Source: an uncultured Desulfobacter sp.
GTDB taxonomy: Bacteria; Desulfobacterota; Desulfobacteria; Desulfobacterales; Desulfobacteraceae
Direction of reading: 5' to 3'
Assembly: GCA_963665095.1 (NCBI GenBank)
Contig: OY762069.1
Coordinates: 1,856,001 to 1,920,000 of the forward strand
Length of the DNA: 64,000 nucleotides
Shown: positions 10,214-19,249 of the stretch, piece by piece
Layout of the letters: each line of letters begins with the position of its first letter
Position numbering within the stretch: the stretch's first letter is position 1
Notes under the pieces: generated by a model
What the model was told of the DNA's origin: nothing
The model's database searches: none
Seen by the model: the letters and a program-made list of their open reading frames with translations, nothing else
Position numbers and translations under genes: made by a program

Positions 10214-11101
10214 TTATTTCCTGGGATGAAAGGTATTATGCATTTTGATCAGGTAATCCCTTGAAATATGTGTATAAATCTGGGTGGTGGAGATATCGGA
10301 ATGGCCCAGCATGGTCTGCACGGAACGAAGGTCCGCCCCGCCCTCTATCAGGTGGGTGGCAAAGGAGTGCCGCAGGGTATGGGGAGACACCGGCTTTAAG
10401 ATACCGGCGATGGCTGCCTGTTTTTTAATGATTTTCCAGAACGCCTGCCGGGTCATGGGGCGGCCGGCCCTTGCCGTAAACAGGTAATCGCTGGGAATCT
10501 GCTTTAACTCCAGGGGCCGGCCCCGGGTAAGCCAGAGCCTGCCTGCAGCCTGGGCCTTGGAGCCCACAGGCACAATCCGCTCCCTGGAACCTTTTCCCAT
10601 AACCCGGACCAGTCCACTGTCAAGGTTCACATCCAGCACTTTGAGGTTCACAAGTTCTGATACCCTGAGTCCTGCCCCGTACATGATCTCCATCATGGCA
10701 AGGTTTCTTAATCCTTTTGGGGTAGTGGACGGGCATGAGTCAAGCAGCATTTCAATTTCAGCGACCGAAATTACAGCCGGCAGGTAGCGGCCGGTTTTGG
10801 GGATATCAATATCCTTGATGGGGTTGGTGTGAATCAGTTTTTCACCGGTGAGATATTTATAAAACCCGCGGATGGCAATCAGGTGTCTTGCCCGGGATTT
10901 GGCGGACAGCCCCTGGCGGTTCAGCTGAACCAGCCATCCAAGGATGGCTGTGGCGTCTGCATGGGAAATATCGGGAATGCCGTTGCTTTCCAGATAGTTC
11001 AGATAGGAGGCAAGATCTGCGCTGTAGGCGGTGATGCTGTTGGGGGAAAGCCCTTTTTCAATGGTCAGGTAATCCATGTATGCGTCTGCCAACTCATGCA
11101 T
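10214..11101 (-). CDS. xerD: Site-specific tyrosine recombinase XerD
   Basis: YGAGLRVSEL, SPHTLRHSFATHL and LGHSDISTTQIYTH motifs. Start placed at MHELADAY (11101, 295 aa) rather than 11215. Confidence 0.92.
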   Translation of the reverse strand: MHELADAYMDYLTIEKGLSPNSITAYSADLASYLNYLESNGIPDISHADATAILGWLVQLNRQGLSAKSRARHLIAIRGFYKYLTGEKLIHTNPIKDIDIPKTGRYLPAVISVAEIEMLLDSCPSTTPKGLRNLAMMEIMYGAGLRVSELVNLKVLDVNLDSGLVRVMGKGSRERIVPVGSKAQAAGRLWLTRGRPLELKQIPSDYLFTARAGRPMTRQAFWKIIKKQAAIAGILKPVSPHTLRHSFATHLIEGGADLRSVQTMLGHSDISTTQIYTHISRDYLIKMHNTFHPRK

Positions 11102-11190
11102 ACCTTTGTCCTTTATCATAAAAAAACTGGTTATATTTATTTTATATACAGTGCATGGCGTTTCATGAATTTTTACACCGTGTTTTGCAG

Positions 11191-13431
11191 CTATTGAAAA
11201 AGCTCTGAAATACATCTGAATCCAATCGTATTGGAGGTAAATTCAGGCGTAAACAGCCCACGGGAGCTTATGGTGACGGTATCTTTGGCATTCCAGGCTG
11301 CGCCCTTGGCCACGCTGTACCGGATCTTTCGGCGGGTGGCAAATGGTGGATCCTGCGAATCGGTAGTCCACTCCATGACATTGCCAAGCAGGTCAGCCAT
11401 GCCAAAGGCATTGACGGCATGATCATAGGCATCCACAGAACTTGTGTCGGAAAGGCCTGAAGACTCAACGTTCAGGGCCATAGAGTTAAACTCATTGCCC
11501 CAGGGGTATTTAAGGGCCATATCTGTCCTGGCTGCCGCCTCCCACTCTGCTTCCGTTGGCAGCCGTCGGCCGATCCAGGATGCATAGGCAAAGGCATCAT
11601 CCACGCTGATCTGCACCACAGGGTGGTTTCTTTTGCCATGCAGGGTTGAACCGGGGCCTGTGGGCTGATGCCAGCACGCACCTTTAATAATGGATGATCC
11701 GGCCTGCTTTTTCCAGGACACGGCGTCGCCCTCTTTTTTAAAACGGGAATGATAAACTGTGCCAAACCCTTTTCTTTCCGCTGTGGTCACATACCCGGTC
11801 AGTTCCACAAAAATTTCAAACAATGCATTGGTCACGGGATATTTACCCATAAAAACCTGGGGCATGTCAAAGGGCTGCAGGGACAGACTTGATTTCAGTG
11901 CTTTTTCAGTGCCAATGGTATAGGTTCCGGCCGGAATTGTAACATATGCATTGTATTTTTTTTCACGCTCACCCAGGGTATCGTCAAACTGTTCGGCAAG
12001 CTCTCTGGCATTTCTGAACTCCTCCAGGGCTTTTTGCTCATCTTCATCAAGTTCATCAACCTCTTCAAGGTCCTCATCTTCGCCAAGATCAATTTCTTCG
12101 ATTTCCTGATCCTCATCCAGCTCAATGTCTTCGATTTCTTCAAGGGCCTCGTCATCGTCCAGTTCAACATCTTCGATTTCTGTGTCTTCATCTATCTCTT
12201 CAAGCTCTTCTAAGTCTTCATCTTCATCCAGTTCAACCTCTTCAATTTCCTGATCCTCATCACTTCCTTCGACCGCTTCAAGCGCATCTTCGTCCACCTC
12301 CTCGATCTCTGCGTCCAGGAGATCTTCGTCAATCTCCTCTACGTCACCATCCAGAAGATCCTCATCGACTTCTTCTATCTCTTCATCTTCATCAACTTCT
12401 ATCTCCTCAATTTCCTGATCTTCATCTATCTCTTCTATTTCTGCATCCAGAAGGTCTTCGTCAATCTCTTCAAGTTCATCATCTTCGTCCACCTCCTCGA
12501 TCTGTGCATCCAGGAGATCTTCGTCAATCTCCTCTACGTCACCATCCAGAAGATCTTCATCGACTTCTTCTATCTCTTCATCTTCATCAACTTCTATCTC
12601 CTCAATTTCCTGGTCTTCATCAATCTCTTCTATTTCCGTGTCCAGAAGGTCTTCGTCAATCTCTTCAAGTTCATCATCTTCGTCCACCTCCTCGATCTCT
12701 GCGTCCAGGAGATCTTCGTCAATCTCCTCTATCTCTTCATCTTCATCAACTTCTATCTCCTCAATTTCCTGGTCTTCCTCTACCTCCTCAATCTCCTCAA
12801 TCTCCTCTATTTCGCTATCATCTATCTCCTCAATCTCAACATCTTCATCTTCTGAAACCCCCTCACTGCCGCCACCGGCAGCGCCATCTGCATCATCATC
12901 AAAAATTCCGGCATTCAGACGATTTAATACCTTTTTGATCTGCTCAATAACATCAATGGATTCATTATCAGCATCAGGGGATTCTATTTTATCCAGAAAC
13001 TCAGCCACTGCTTTAAGAACATCCGCAGCCTTGGTCAGGTCAAAGCCGTCTGTTTTGACTGCATCACTGAAAGACTGCAAAAGACTGCTTTTAGCAGCCT
13101 CTGTCATATCAAAGGTGTTGGTATCAGTAATTGTTATCTCTTCCGGGTTAAGACCATCCCGGACAAGTTTACTTAAATCCGCGTTAATGGAAGATTTCAG
13201 GCTGGAAAAATTTCTTCTTTTGGACTTGAGTTTAGAGGGATTATCTCCTACATCCCAAATTTGTTGAATCAGGGTGTCGCTGTCAATGAAGTTAAGCTGC
13301 TGCACCGCGTCTTCGGAAACATAATAGGCACAGATGGCCTGCATGGCCTTATCCTTGACAGAACCGGGGCGGTAGTTAAGATTTTCTACTGCCTGTGTAA
13401 TACCGGACAGCGTAACGGATACATTGGCCAA
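11191..13431 (-). CDS. Protein with an unknown N-terminal domain, a ~290-aa Asp/Glu-rich repeat region and a C-terminal FGE-sulfatase (SUMF1/EgtB/PvdO)-type domain
   Basis: C-terminal YPVTNALF, HPVVQISVDDA, RRLPTEAEWEAAAR, DLLGNVMEW and IGFRC motifs; central acidic low-complexity repeats. Confidence 0.88.
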   Translation of the reverse strand: MANVSVTLSGITQAVENLNYRPGSVKDKAMQAICAYYVSEDAVQQLNFIDSDTLIQQIWDVGDNPSKLKSKRRNFSSLKSSINADLSKLVRDGLNPEEITITDTNTFDMTEAAKSSLLQSFSDAVKTDGFDLTKAADVLKAVAEFLDKIESPDADNESIDVIEQIKKVLNRLNAGIFDDDADGAAGGGSEGVSEDEDVEIEEIDDSEIEEIEEIEEVEEDQEIEEIEVDEDEEIEEIDEDLLDAEIEEVDEDDELEEIDEDLLDTEIEEIDEDQEIEEIEVDEDEEIEEVDEDLLDGDVEEIDEDLLDAQIEEVDEDDELEEIDEDLLDAEIEEIDEDQEIEEIEVDEDEEIEEVDEDLLDGDVEEIDEDLLDAEIEEVDEDALEAVEGSDEDQEIEEVELDEDEDLEELEEIDEDTEIEDVELDDDEALEEIEDIELDEDQEIEEIDLGEDEDLEEVDELDEDEQKALEEFRNARELAEQFDDTLGEREKKYNAYVTIPAGTYTIGTEKALKSSLSLQPFDMPQVFMGKYPVTNALFEIFVELTGYVTTAERKGFGTVYHSRFKKEGDAVSWKKQAGSSIIKGACWHQPTGPGSTLHGKRNHPVVQISVDDAFAYASWIGRRLPTEAEWEAAARTDMALKYPWGNEFNSMALNVESSGLSDTSSVDAYDHAVNAFGMADLLGNVMEWTTDSQDPPFATRRKIRYSVAKGAAWNAKDTVTISSRGLFTPEFTSNTIGFRCISELFQ
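12286..12774 (-). repeat. In-frame tandem duplication: units of 159 nt, 195 nt and a partial 135 nt, built from 12-aa EEIDEDLLD-type modules
   Basis: Units begin at 12774, 12615 and 12420 (DQEIEEIEVDEDEE…) and are near-identical at DNA level. Confidence 0.9.
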
Positions 13432-13709
13432 ATTAAGGCGTCCTCCTTAAAATATCATCCTGATTTAAGATAAAAGAAAAAGCAAAGTCAGAGCAACACG
13501 TAAGGCCCGGATATTTTTTTTAAGCCAGGCCTTGGTTTTAGCGTGCTTTTGATACAAACATTATGATATAAGATAATTTATATTTCAATTGAACAAAAAA
13601 ATCTTGAGCGCCTGAAAAAAAATCCCCGTGCCTATTGCGGATAAAATTGTTTGGTATTAAAAAAGCCTTGAGCGTTGATTTTTTATAATATGCAAAAAAT
13701 AAACATGAT

Positions 13710-14480
13710 ATGAGAAAAGTTTTAACAATTTCAGGACTGCGGGGCGGCAGCGGAAAGAGCATCACCGCCCTGAATTTGTCCGTATCGGTTGCTCTGTACG
13801 AAAAAAAAGTTTTACTGGTTGACTGTGATCCCCAGGCCGGTGCCTCGCAATGGTGTAAAGAGGCAAACCTGAAAAATGGCCACGATCTTGCCCAGGTTCT
13901 GTCCGGCAGAATCACAATTCCTGATGCGGTATCAAAGACGCCCATTGAGGGACTTGATATACTGCCTGCTGGCTTTGGACTATTTTCCCTGTCATTGAAA
14001 CTTACCAGGCGCAGGGATAATGAAAAATTGCTGCGTCTGGTTATTGATGAAGTCCTGGATGACTATGATATGGTTATTCTGGATGCGCCCTCATCCTGCG
14101 GGTATTTGAGCATTGCAGCACTCACGGCTGCTGACTGGCTGGCTGCCGTTGTTACGCCGGACCAAGACTGGATTAATGATTTTCATGCCCTGATTAAAAT
14201 TGTCCGGTATATCCGTAAATCACATAATGCACCACTTGGCATTGCCGGCATTTTGTTCAACCAATGCAACAGCAAAGAGGAGATGGAATATGGGACGGCC
14301 CCTGATGCTTTAGCACCGATTCGCCCACTGATTTACCAGACCATGATTCCCAGTGACGATACAGTTGACAAAAACCGGCCGAAAACAAGCCCTGTTGCCC
14401 TGTATGACGTAAAAAATCCTTTAGCTCAGGCATACCTGGGTATGGCCCAAGAAGTTATCTGTGCATTTAATCTGAAATGA
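13710..14480 (+). CDS. ParA/Soj/MinD-family ATPase with a deviant Walker A
   Basis: GLRGGSGKS Walker A, VLLVDCDPQA switch I, VILDAPS Walker B, YQTMIP and C-terminal AQAYLGMAQEV as in Soj. Confidence 0.9.
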   Translation: MRKVLTISGLRGGSGKSITALNLSVSVALYEKKVLLVDCDPQAGASQWCKEANLKNGHDLAQVLSGRITIPDAVSKTPIEGLDILPAGFGLFSLSLKLTRRRDNEKLLRLVIDEVLDDYDMVILDAPSSCGYLSIAALTAADWLAAVVTPDQDWINDFHALIKIVRYIRKSHNAPLGIAGILFNQCNSKEEMEYGTAPDALAPIRPLIYQTMIPSDDTVDKNRPKTSPVALYDVKNPLAQAYLGMAQEVICAFNLK

Positions 14481-14490
14481 GGAGAACTCA

Positions 14491-14907
14491 TTGAAACTGA
14501 CCAATCCCGAATTCATCCAGGAGAGTGAAAAAGAGTTTATCGATACAATCAATGCGGAACTTGACTGGGATGTTATAGAGCAGCTGCTTCTGGACAAACA
14601 TGGTTTTGAAGTCCAGGACGATATCGAATACAAGGACGGCAACCTGGTCGTTTACAACAATGAAATTGCCTATAAATTTGATTTTGAAATAAAAGTTCCT
14701 CTTTCAGTCATATTTAACCGCAGCGGCGAATGCATGGACCTGTCTACCAGGAAAGAGCCCCCTGAAGAGGAAGCAAACCTGGGACCGAGCCATGCAGAAT
14801 CCGATGACAATACAGAAATCAGCGTTCGTCCGGACAAGCGCAAAGTTGAGGAAATGGCTGTTGAAATTGCTGATTTAATTTCTGAAATTAACAACGATAA
14901 ACAATAA
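14491..14907 (+). CDS. Hypothetical acidic protein (138 aa)
   Basis: TTG start after a GAGGAG RBS, 10 nt downstream of the parA-like gene. Confidence 0.8.
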   Translation: MKLTNPEFIQESEKEFIDTINAELDWDVIEQLLLDKHGFEVQDDIEYKDGNLVVYNNEIAYKFDFEIKVPLSVIFNRSGECMDLSTRKEPPEEEANLGPSHAESDDNTEISVRPDKRKVEEMAVEIADLISEINNDKQ

Positions 14908-14919
14908 GGAGCTTAATGT

Positions 14920-16377
14920 ATGCAGGAGGACAGCAACATTAGTCGGGAGTCTGTCAGAAGCCAGTTGGATGAAATCCTTGCCAAGGAAATTGTATCATTC
15001 ATTGATGTTGATTCCAACGCAGCCATGATGTCGTTCAATCTTGCCACTATTTCCTGTATTATTATTATTGTTGAAAGAGAACGAGAAATTAAACAATTTA
15101 CAGATTCCCCGCCCGAACGATTCACCCGGGAAACTTTTACATCCGAACTTTCAGATATCGGGCTGGATCATGATGATTATCTTGAAAGTGCCGTTTCAAT
15201 CGTTATTAATTCAGGATATATCAGCACGCTTGCCACTAAAGAACTGAAGGCTGAAATGCCGGCATTTATGATGGCAGGTTTCTTGGATTCCATGTTTCCG
15301 GGCATGCAGGGACTGAATCTTATAGCATTTATTCTTCAAATAAATGAAGAGGTCAACTCCGGTCGTAAAAGTCTTCAACTTGCAAAGCAAAGTTTCGAAA
15401 CCACGCTGAAAACCAGGGGCGTTTCAGTTACCAGGGACAAGGCGGAAGAACGCGCCACAGAAATGGTTAAAGGCGTACAGCATGCCAGTGCGGTTCATCA
15501 GTCAAGACAGGTTTCAGCTCAGCTCAAGAAGGCAAATGTGAATAAACTGTCCATGCTGATGAAAAGCAGGAAACAGCGTACCGCGGGATTTCAGGAAAAA
15601 GTCAAAATCCAGAATCTGTTTGACAAAGGGCCGTCCAAAGAGGAGGCAGAAGCTGAAGAACAGAAACGTCAAAAAGCGGAAGAAGAGGCCCGGAAAGCTG
15701 CCGAGCTGGCCCAGCAGCTGGCAGAAAAAGAAGAAAAAATAAAGGAAGCGCAAGACACTGCCAAAGAGCTGGAAGAACAGCTTAAAGCTATTGAAGAAAA
15801 GGAAAGAGAGGCAGAAGCGGCCCGGGCGGAGGCTCAGGCGGCAAAAGAACAGGCGGAAGCCCTGGCTGCCCGGGAAAAAGAGATGGCTGAAAAAGAGGCC
15901 AGACTCAAAGCGCTTGAAGAAGAGATCCAACGACGGGAAGAAGAGGCAAAAAAAGAAGCCGAGGCCAAGGCAATGGCGGCACAGGAGGCAGACCATCCCA
16001 AAGAGAACGACGATATAGAATCCCGGATTGCTGAGTTTGAACAAAGTCTTGCCATGCCATGTCCTCTTTGTAACAAAGGGCGGGTTGAAGAAAAAGCCAC
16101 GGATAAGGGCAAGGTATTTTACTCCTGTACCCAGAAAGAGTGCCGATTTGTTTCCTGGGACAAGCCCTATCATTTTGAATGCCCTTTATGCAAAAATCCT
16201 TTTTTGGTTGAAACGGTTGCTCCATCTGGCATTCCAGGTCTAAAATGTCCCAGAGCGTCATGTTCATACTCCCAGGATAATCTGCTGGCCCCGGCCCAGC
16301 ACCTTGCCGCAGCCCAGGCATCAGCTGATCAGCCCAAAAAGAAGAAAAAACTTGTAAGAAGAGTAAAACGCCGTTAA
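14920..16377 (+). CDS. Hypothetical protein with an N-terminal globular domain, a long E/K/A coiled coil, two C4 zinc ribbons (topoisomerase-I-C-terminal-like) and a basic tail
   Basis: CPLC…FYSCTQKECRFVSW and CPLC…LKCPRASC; tail KKKKKLVRRVKRR; AAGGAG RBS. Confidence 0.85.
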   Translation: MQEDSNISRESVRSQLDEILAKEIVSFIDVDSNAAMMSFNLATISCIIIIVEREREIKQFTDSPPERFTRETFTSELSDIGLDHDDYLESAVSIVINSGYISTLATKELKAEMPAFMMAGFLDSMFPGMQGLNLIAFILQINEEVNSGRKSLQLAKQSFETTLKTRGVSVTRDKAEERATEMVKGVQHASAVHQSRQVSAQLKKANVNKLSMLMKSRKQRTAGFQEKVKIQNLFDKGPSKEEAEAEEQKRQKAEEEARKAAELAQQLAEKEEKIKEAQDTAKELEEQLKAIEEKEREAEAARAEAQAAKEQAEALAAREKEMAEKEARLKALEEEIQRREEEAKKEAEAKAMAAQEADHPKENDDIESRIAEFEQSLAMPCPLCNKGRVEEKATDKGKVFYSCTQKECRFVSWDKPYHFECPLCKNPFLVETVAPSGIPGLKCPRASCSYSQDNLLAPAQHLAAAQASADQPKKKKKLVRRVKRR

Positions 16378-16492
16378 CGGATCATTTTTTCATTAACAGA
16401 TTAACAATATTTTACACGTTTACTGTCTCAGGCCGGATTGACCGATGATATGATTCATGGCATAGTTTGGGTATGTTACAAAGAAACCACAT

Positions 16493-18658
16493 ATGCAAAC
16501 ATTTGAAATGCCCATGCCCAACTCTTTGAAAATCCAGGATGGTCCTTATTTTAAAACCATTGACAACGCAGCACCAGATATAATCATCCGAATCGGCAGA
16601 GACCGGATATTCAGACGTTTTGATGGAAACCTGGATGATCTGTACTGGCAGGGGGGAACCTGTCTTAACAAAAGCATTGACGCTGTCATGCCGCAGGATT
16701 CAGCTCAACGCCTTTCCGATGCCCTGGAGAGAACTTTCACAACAGGGCTTGTCCAGCATCTGGAATATACCCTGACCTCAGGGGATCGCACCTTCTACTA
16801 TAATGCCTGCATAGTCAAATACAGTGATGATGAAGCGATAGTTCTTGTCCGGAATATTACCCGGAAACGGAAAGATGAACAGGAACTTACTGAACAGTAC
16901 TCGCTACTGGAGAGACGATTTAAGAATCACAGGACAAATCTGTCCAGGGCGGAAAGAAAATATCAGGACATCTTTCATCATTCCGGTGCGCCTTCCATCA
17001 TAGTTGAACAGGACCGAACCATCTCCATGGCAAATCAGAAATTTTCTAAATTCATCAAATTCTCCCGGGATGAAATCGAAGGCCACAAAATGTGGACTGA
17101 TTTTGTGCACCCCTTGGACCGGGATATGGCCACGATGTATCATTTTGCCAGAAGACAGGGAGCTATTGATGTTCCCGGTGAATACGAGTGCCGTTTTGTT
17201 GATCGGAACAGTGCCATAAAATCGGTTATTGTCAAAGTGGGTTTTTTGTCTGACCCGGGCCGCACGGTGATTTCAATTATAGATATCACATCGCTGAAAC
17301 AGAAGGAAAAAACGATTCGGGACCGGGAAAGCCTTTACAGTGCCATACTTGAAGGGTATGACGGCCTTATCTATATCATTGATAAATCCTATCACATCCA
17401 GTTTACCAATGAGAAAGTCATTCAGCTTTTAGGAAAGGATGTCACCGGTAAAATCTGCTACCAGGTTATTCATAATCGGCAGTCTAAATGCCACTGGTGC
17501 GTCGCTGAACAGGTATTTGAAGGCAATCGGGTCCGGTTTGAGATAAAAAATCCCCATGATAAAAAATGGTATTACAGTGTGAATGTGCCGGTGACACTGT
17601 CTGACAATTCCATATTCTGCCAGACCATGATCGTTGATATTGATGAGGCCAAGAAAAACGAAGAAGCGCTGCGGGCCAGTGAGGCACATTTCCGCGAAGA
17701 AAACTCCCGGCTGCGCAGCAGCATAGATGACCGCCAGGGGTTCGGAGACATTGTGGGAAAGAGTCGCCTGATGCAGGAAGTTTATGAACTGCTTCTTCTG
17801 GCGGCATCTTCTGAAAACAACGTCATTCTTTACGGAGAATCCGGTACCGGCAAGGAGCTGGCAGCCAAGACCATACATGATATGAGTAACCGGCGCACCG
17901 GCAGATTTGTCCCCATCAACTGCGGCGCCATACCCCAGAACCTTTTGGAAAGCGAATTTTTCGGATATAAAAAAGGCGCCTTTACCGGTGCTCATGCAGA
18001 TAAGGCCGGGCTGCTGGATGAGGCAGACAAAGGCAGCCTTTTTCTTGATGAGATAGGCGAAATTGAGACCGGATTTCAGGTAAAGCTGCTCAGGGCTATT
18101 GAGGGTGGGGGATACACGCCTGTGGGGGGAAGCAAACTTCTTCGACCTGATTTGAGGATTATTGCCGCTACAAACCGCAATCTGACTGAGAGAGTAAAAA
18201 AAGGAGAAATGCGCTCTGATTTTTTTTACCGGATTCATGTCATTCCCATTTATCTGCCACCGCTAAGAAACCGTAAACAGGATATCCCTCTGCTCATTGA
18301 ACACTTTCTCAAGGCGTATGACCGAAAGATCAGGCCCAGAATCACCTCAAATGTCATGCAGACGATGATGGAACATGACTGGCCCGGTAATGTCAGGGAG
18401 CTTCAGAATGTCCTTTACCGGTTTGTCACCCTGAAACGACTGGACCTGAACGATACAGTTCTGCCGGCTGAAAGCAGTATGAAGCTCGCGCCGGCAGTAT
18501 CGACGGATACATCACTGGCAGATGCAGTTGCCGGATTTGAAAAGCAGGTCATTTTATCCGCCCTGGATCAGTTCAGATGGAACCGGACTCAGGCAGCCAG
18601 GCATCTCGGGATCGGCCTTCGAACCCTCCAGCGAAAAATGAAACTTTACTCTATTTAG
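16493..18658 (+). CDS. Sigma-54-dependent transcriptional activator (multi-PAS, AAA+, Fis-type HTH)
   Basis: GESGTGKE, ESEFFGYKKGAFTGA, LFLDEIGE, WPGNVREL and NRTQAARHLGI motifs. Confidence 0.96.
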   Translation: MQTFEMPMPNSLKIQDGPYFKTIDNAAPDIIIRIGRDRIFRRFDGNLDDLYWQGGTCLNKSIDAVMPQDSAQRLSDALERTFTTGLVQHLEYTLTSGDRTFYYNACIVKYSDDEAIVLVRNITRKRKDEQELTEQYSLLERRFKNHRTNLSRAERKYQDIFHHSGAPSIIVEQDRTISMANQKFSKFIKFSRDEIEGHKMWTDFVHPLDRDMATMYHFARRQGAIDVPGEYECRFVDRNSAIKSVIVKVGFLSDPGRTVISIIDITSLKQKEKTIRDRESLYSAILEGYDGLIYIIDKSYHIQFTNEKVIQLLGKDVTGKICYQVIHNRQSKCHWCVAEQVFEGNRVRFEIKNPHDKKWYYSVNVPVTLSDNSIFCQTMIVDIDEAKKNEEALRASEAHFREENSRLRSSIDDRQGFGDIVGKSRLMQEVYELLLLAASSENNVILYGESGTGKELAAKTIHDMSNRRTGRFVPINCGAIPQNLLESEFFGYKKGAFTGAHADKAGLLDEADKGSLFLDEIGEIETGFQVKLLRAIEGGGYTPVGGSKLLRPDLRIIAATNRNLTERVKKGEMRSDFFYRIHVIPIYLPPLRNRKQDIPLLIEHFLKAYDRKIRPRITSNVMQTMMEHDWPGNVRELQNVLYRFVTLKRLDLNDTVLPAESSMKLAPAVSTDTSLADAVAGFEKQVILSALDQFRWNRTQAARHLGIGLRTLQRKMKLYSI

Positions 18659-18692
18659 GGTTACCACCCTATGACCACACCGGCACAAACCA

Positions 18693-18778
18693 CGCCAAAC
18701 TTGACGCACTAATAATATATACAATAAAATCAAAATATTACAAATAAAACCCGCAAAACTATGCCAACTTTGACGCAC
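18693..18778. promoter_or_regulatory. Pair of direct repeats, candidate bEBP upstream activating sequences
   Basis: CGCCAAACTTGACGCAC at 18693 and TGCCAACTTTGACGCAC at 18762, 69 bp apart and 110-190 bp upstream of a -24/-12-like box. Confidence 0.6.
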
Positions 18779-18884
18779 ATCACAGCCTCTATATATTTAT
18801 AAACAAAATACGCATTCCAAACCTCTATTTTATTTTAGCTTAAATTTCTATGACTTAATAATTAAATGGCCGGCATTTTCCTTT

Positions 18885-18901
18885 TTGGCATAAATATTGA
18901 T
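18885..18901 (+). promoter_or_regulatory. Candidate sigma-54 (-24/-12) promoter
   Basis: TTGGCATAAATATTGAT: correct spacing, but GA instead of GC at -12. Confidence 0.55.
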
Positions 18902-18971
18902 CTAACTCATTTTAGAAATGATGAAAACATGCTGAAAATTGAATAATTAACAATAACACAAGGAAAGCCCC

Positions 18972-19136
18972 ATGCAATACAGATTTGAAAATGCGTATGA
19001 TTCGAACACTGCAAGGTTGCAGGTTTTGGTTCAAAGAAAAAAGAAAATCAGCACCCAAAAGAACACCCGCTCCATAAAAGCGCTTCCCACCCTCCTGCTC
19101 GGAACGATTCTGGCGGTAAAAAAGGCGCTTGTTTAA
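18972..19136 (+). CDS. Small ORF, 54 aa (MQYRFENAYDSNTARLQVLVQRKKKISTQKNTRSIKALPTLLLGTILAVKKALV)
   Basis: Translated by hand (below the ORF-track cutoff). AAGGA RBS 7 nt upstream; lies between a candidate sigma-54 promoter and a terminator. Confidence 0.55.
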   Translation: MQYRFENAYDSNTARLQVLVQRKKKISTQKNTRSIKALPTLLLGTILAVKKALV

Positions 19137-19196
19137 CAATCCCAGGTGTGTACGGTTTCAAGCCTACACTGAAACCAGTTCCTTCACTGACAATAA

Positions 19197-19232
19197 CGGC
19201 AAACCCTTCTAAAATGAGGGGTTTGCCGCTTT
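19197..19232. terminator. Hairpin, probable bidirectional terminator between the small ORF and cmoA
   Basis: CGGCAAACCC…GGGTTTGCCG stem with short T-rich flanks on both strands. Confidence 0.7.
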
Positions 19233-19249
19233 AAGTTCTCCCCTGCCCC

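Noticed and set aside
10214..11101. Tyrosine recombinase as a phage or island integrase
   Set aside because: Length and motifs match housekeeping XerD, it lies next to mfd, and no att sites or cargo were seen.
11191..11330. FGE/CLec-fold C-terminus as a diversity-generating-retroelement target
   Set aside because: No reverse transcriptase, Avd or second adenine-variant copy of this segment was seen in the window.
12040..12900. Acidic repeat region as a CRISPR or non-coding array
   Set aside because: The repeats are in-frame multiples of three inside a CDS, with no unique spacers and no cas genes.
12638..13267. Ser-rich antisense ORFs, and the many other shadow ORFs opposite real genes
   Set aside because: They are reverse-complement by-products of Glu/Asp-rich or ordinary coding sequence and show no family motifs.
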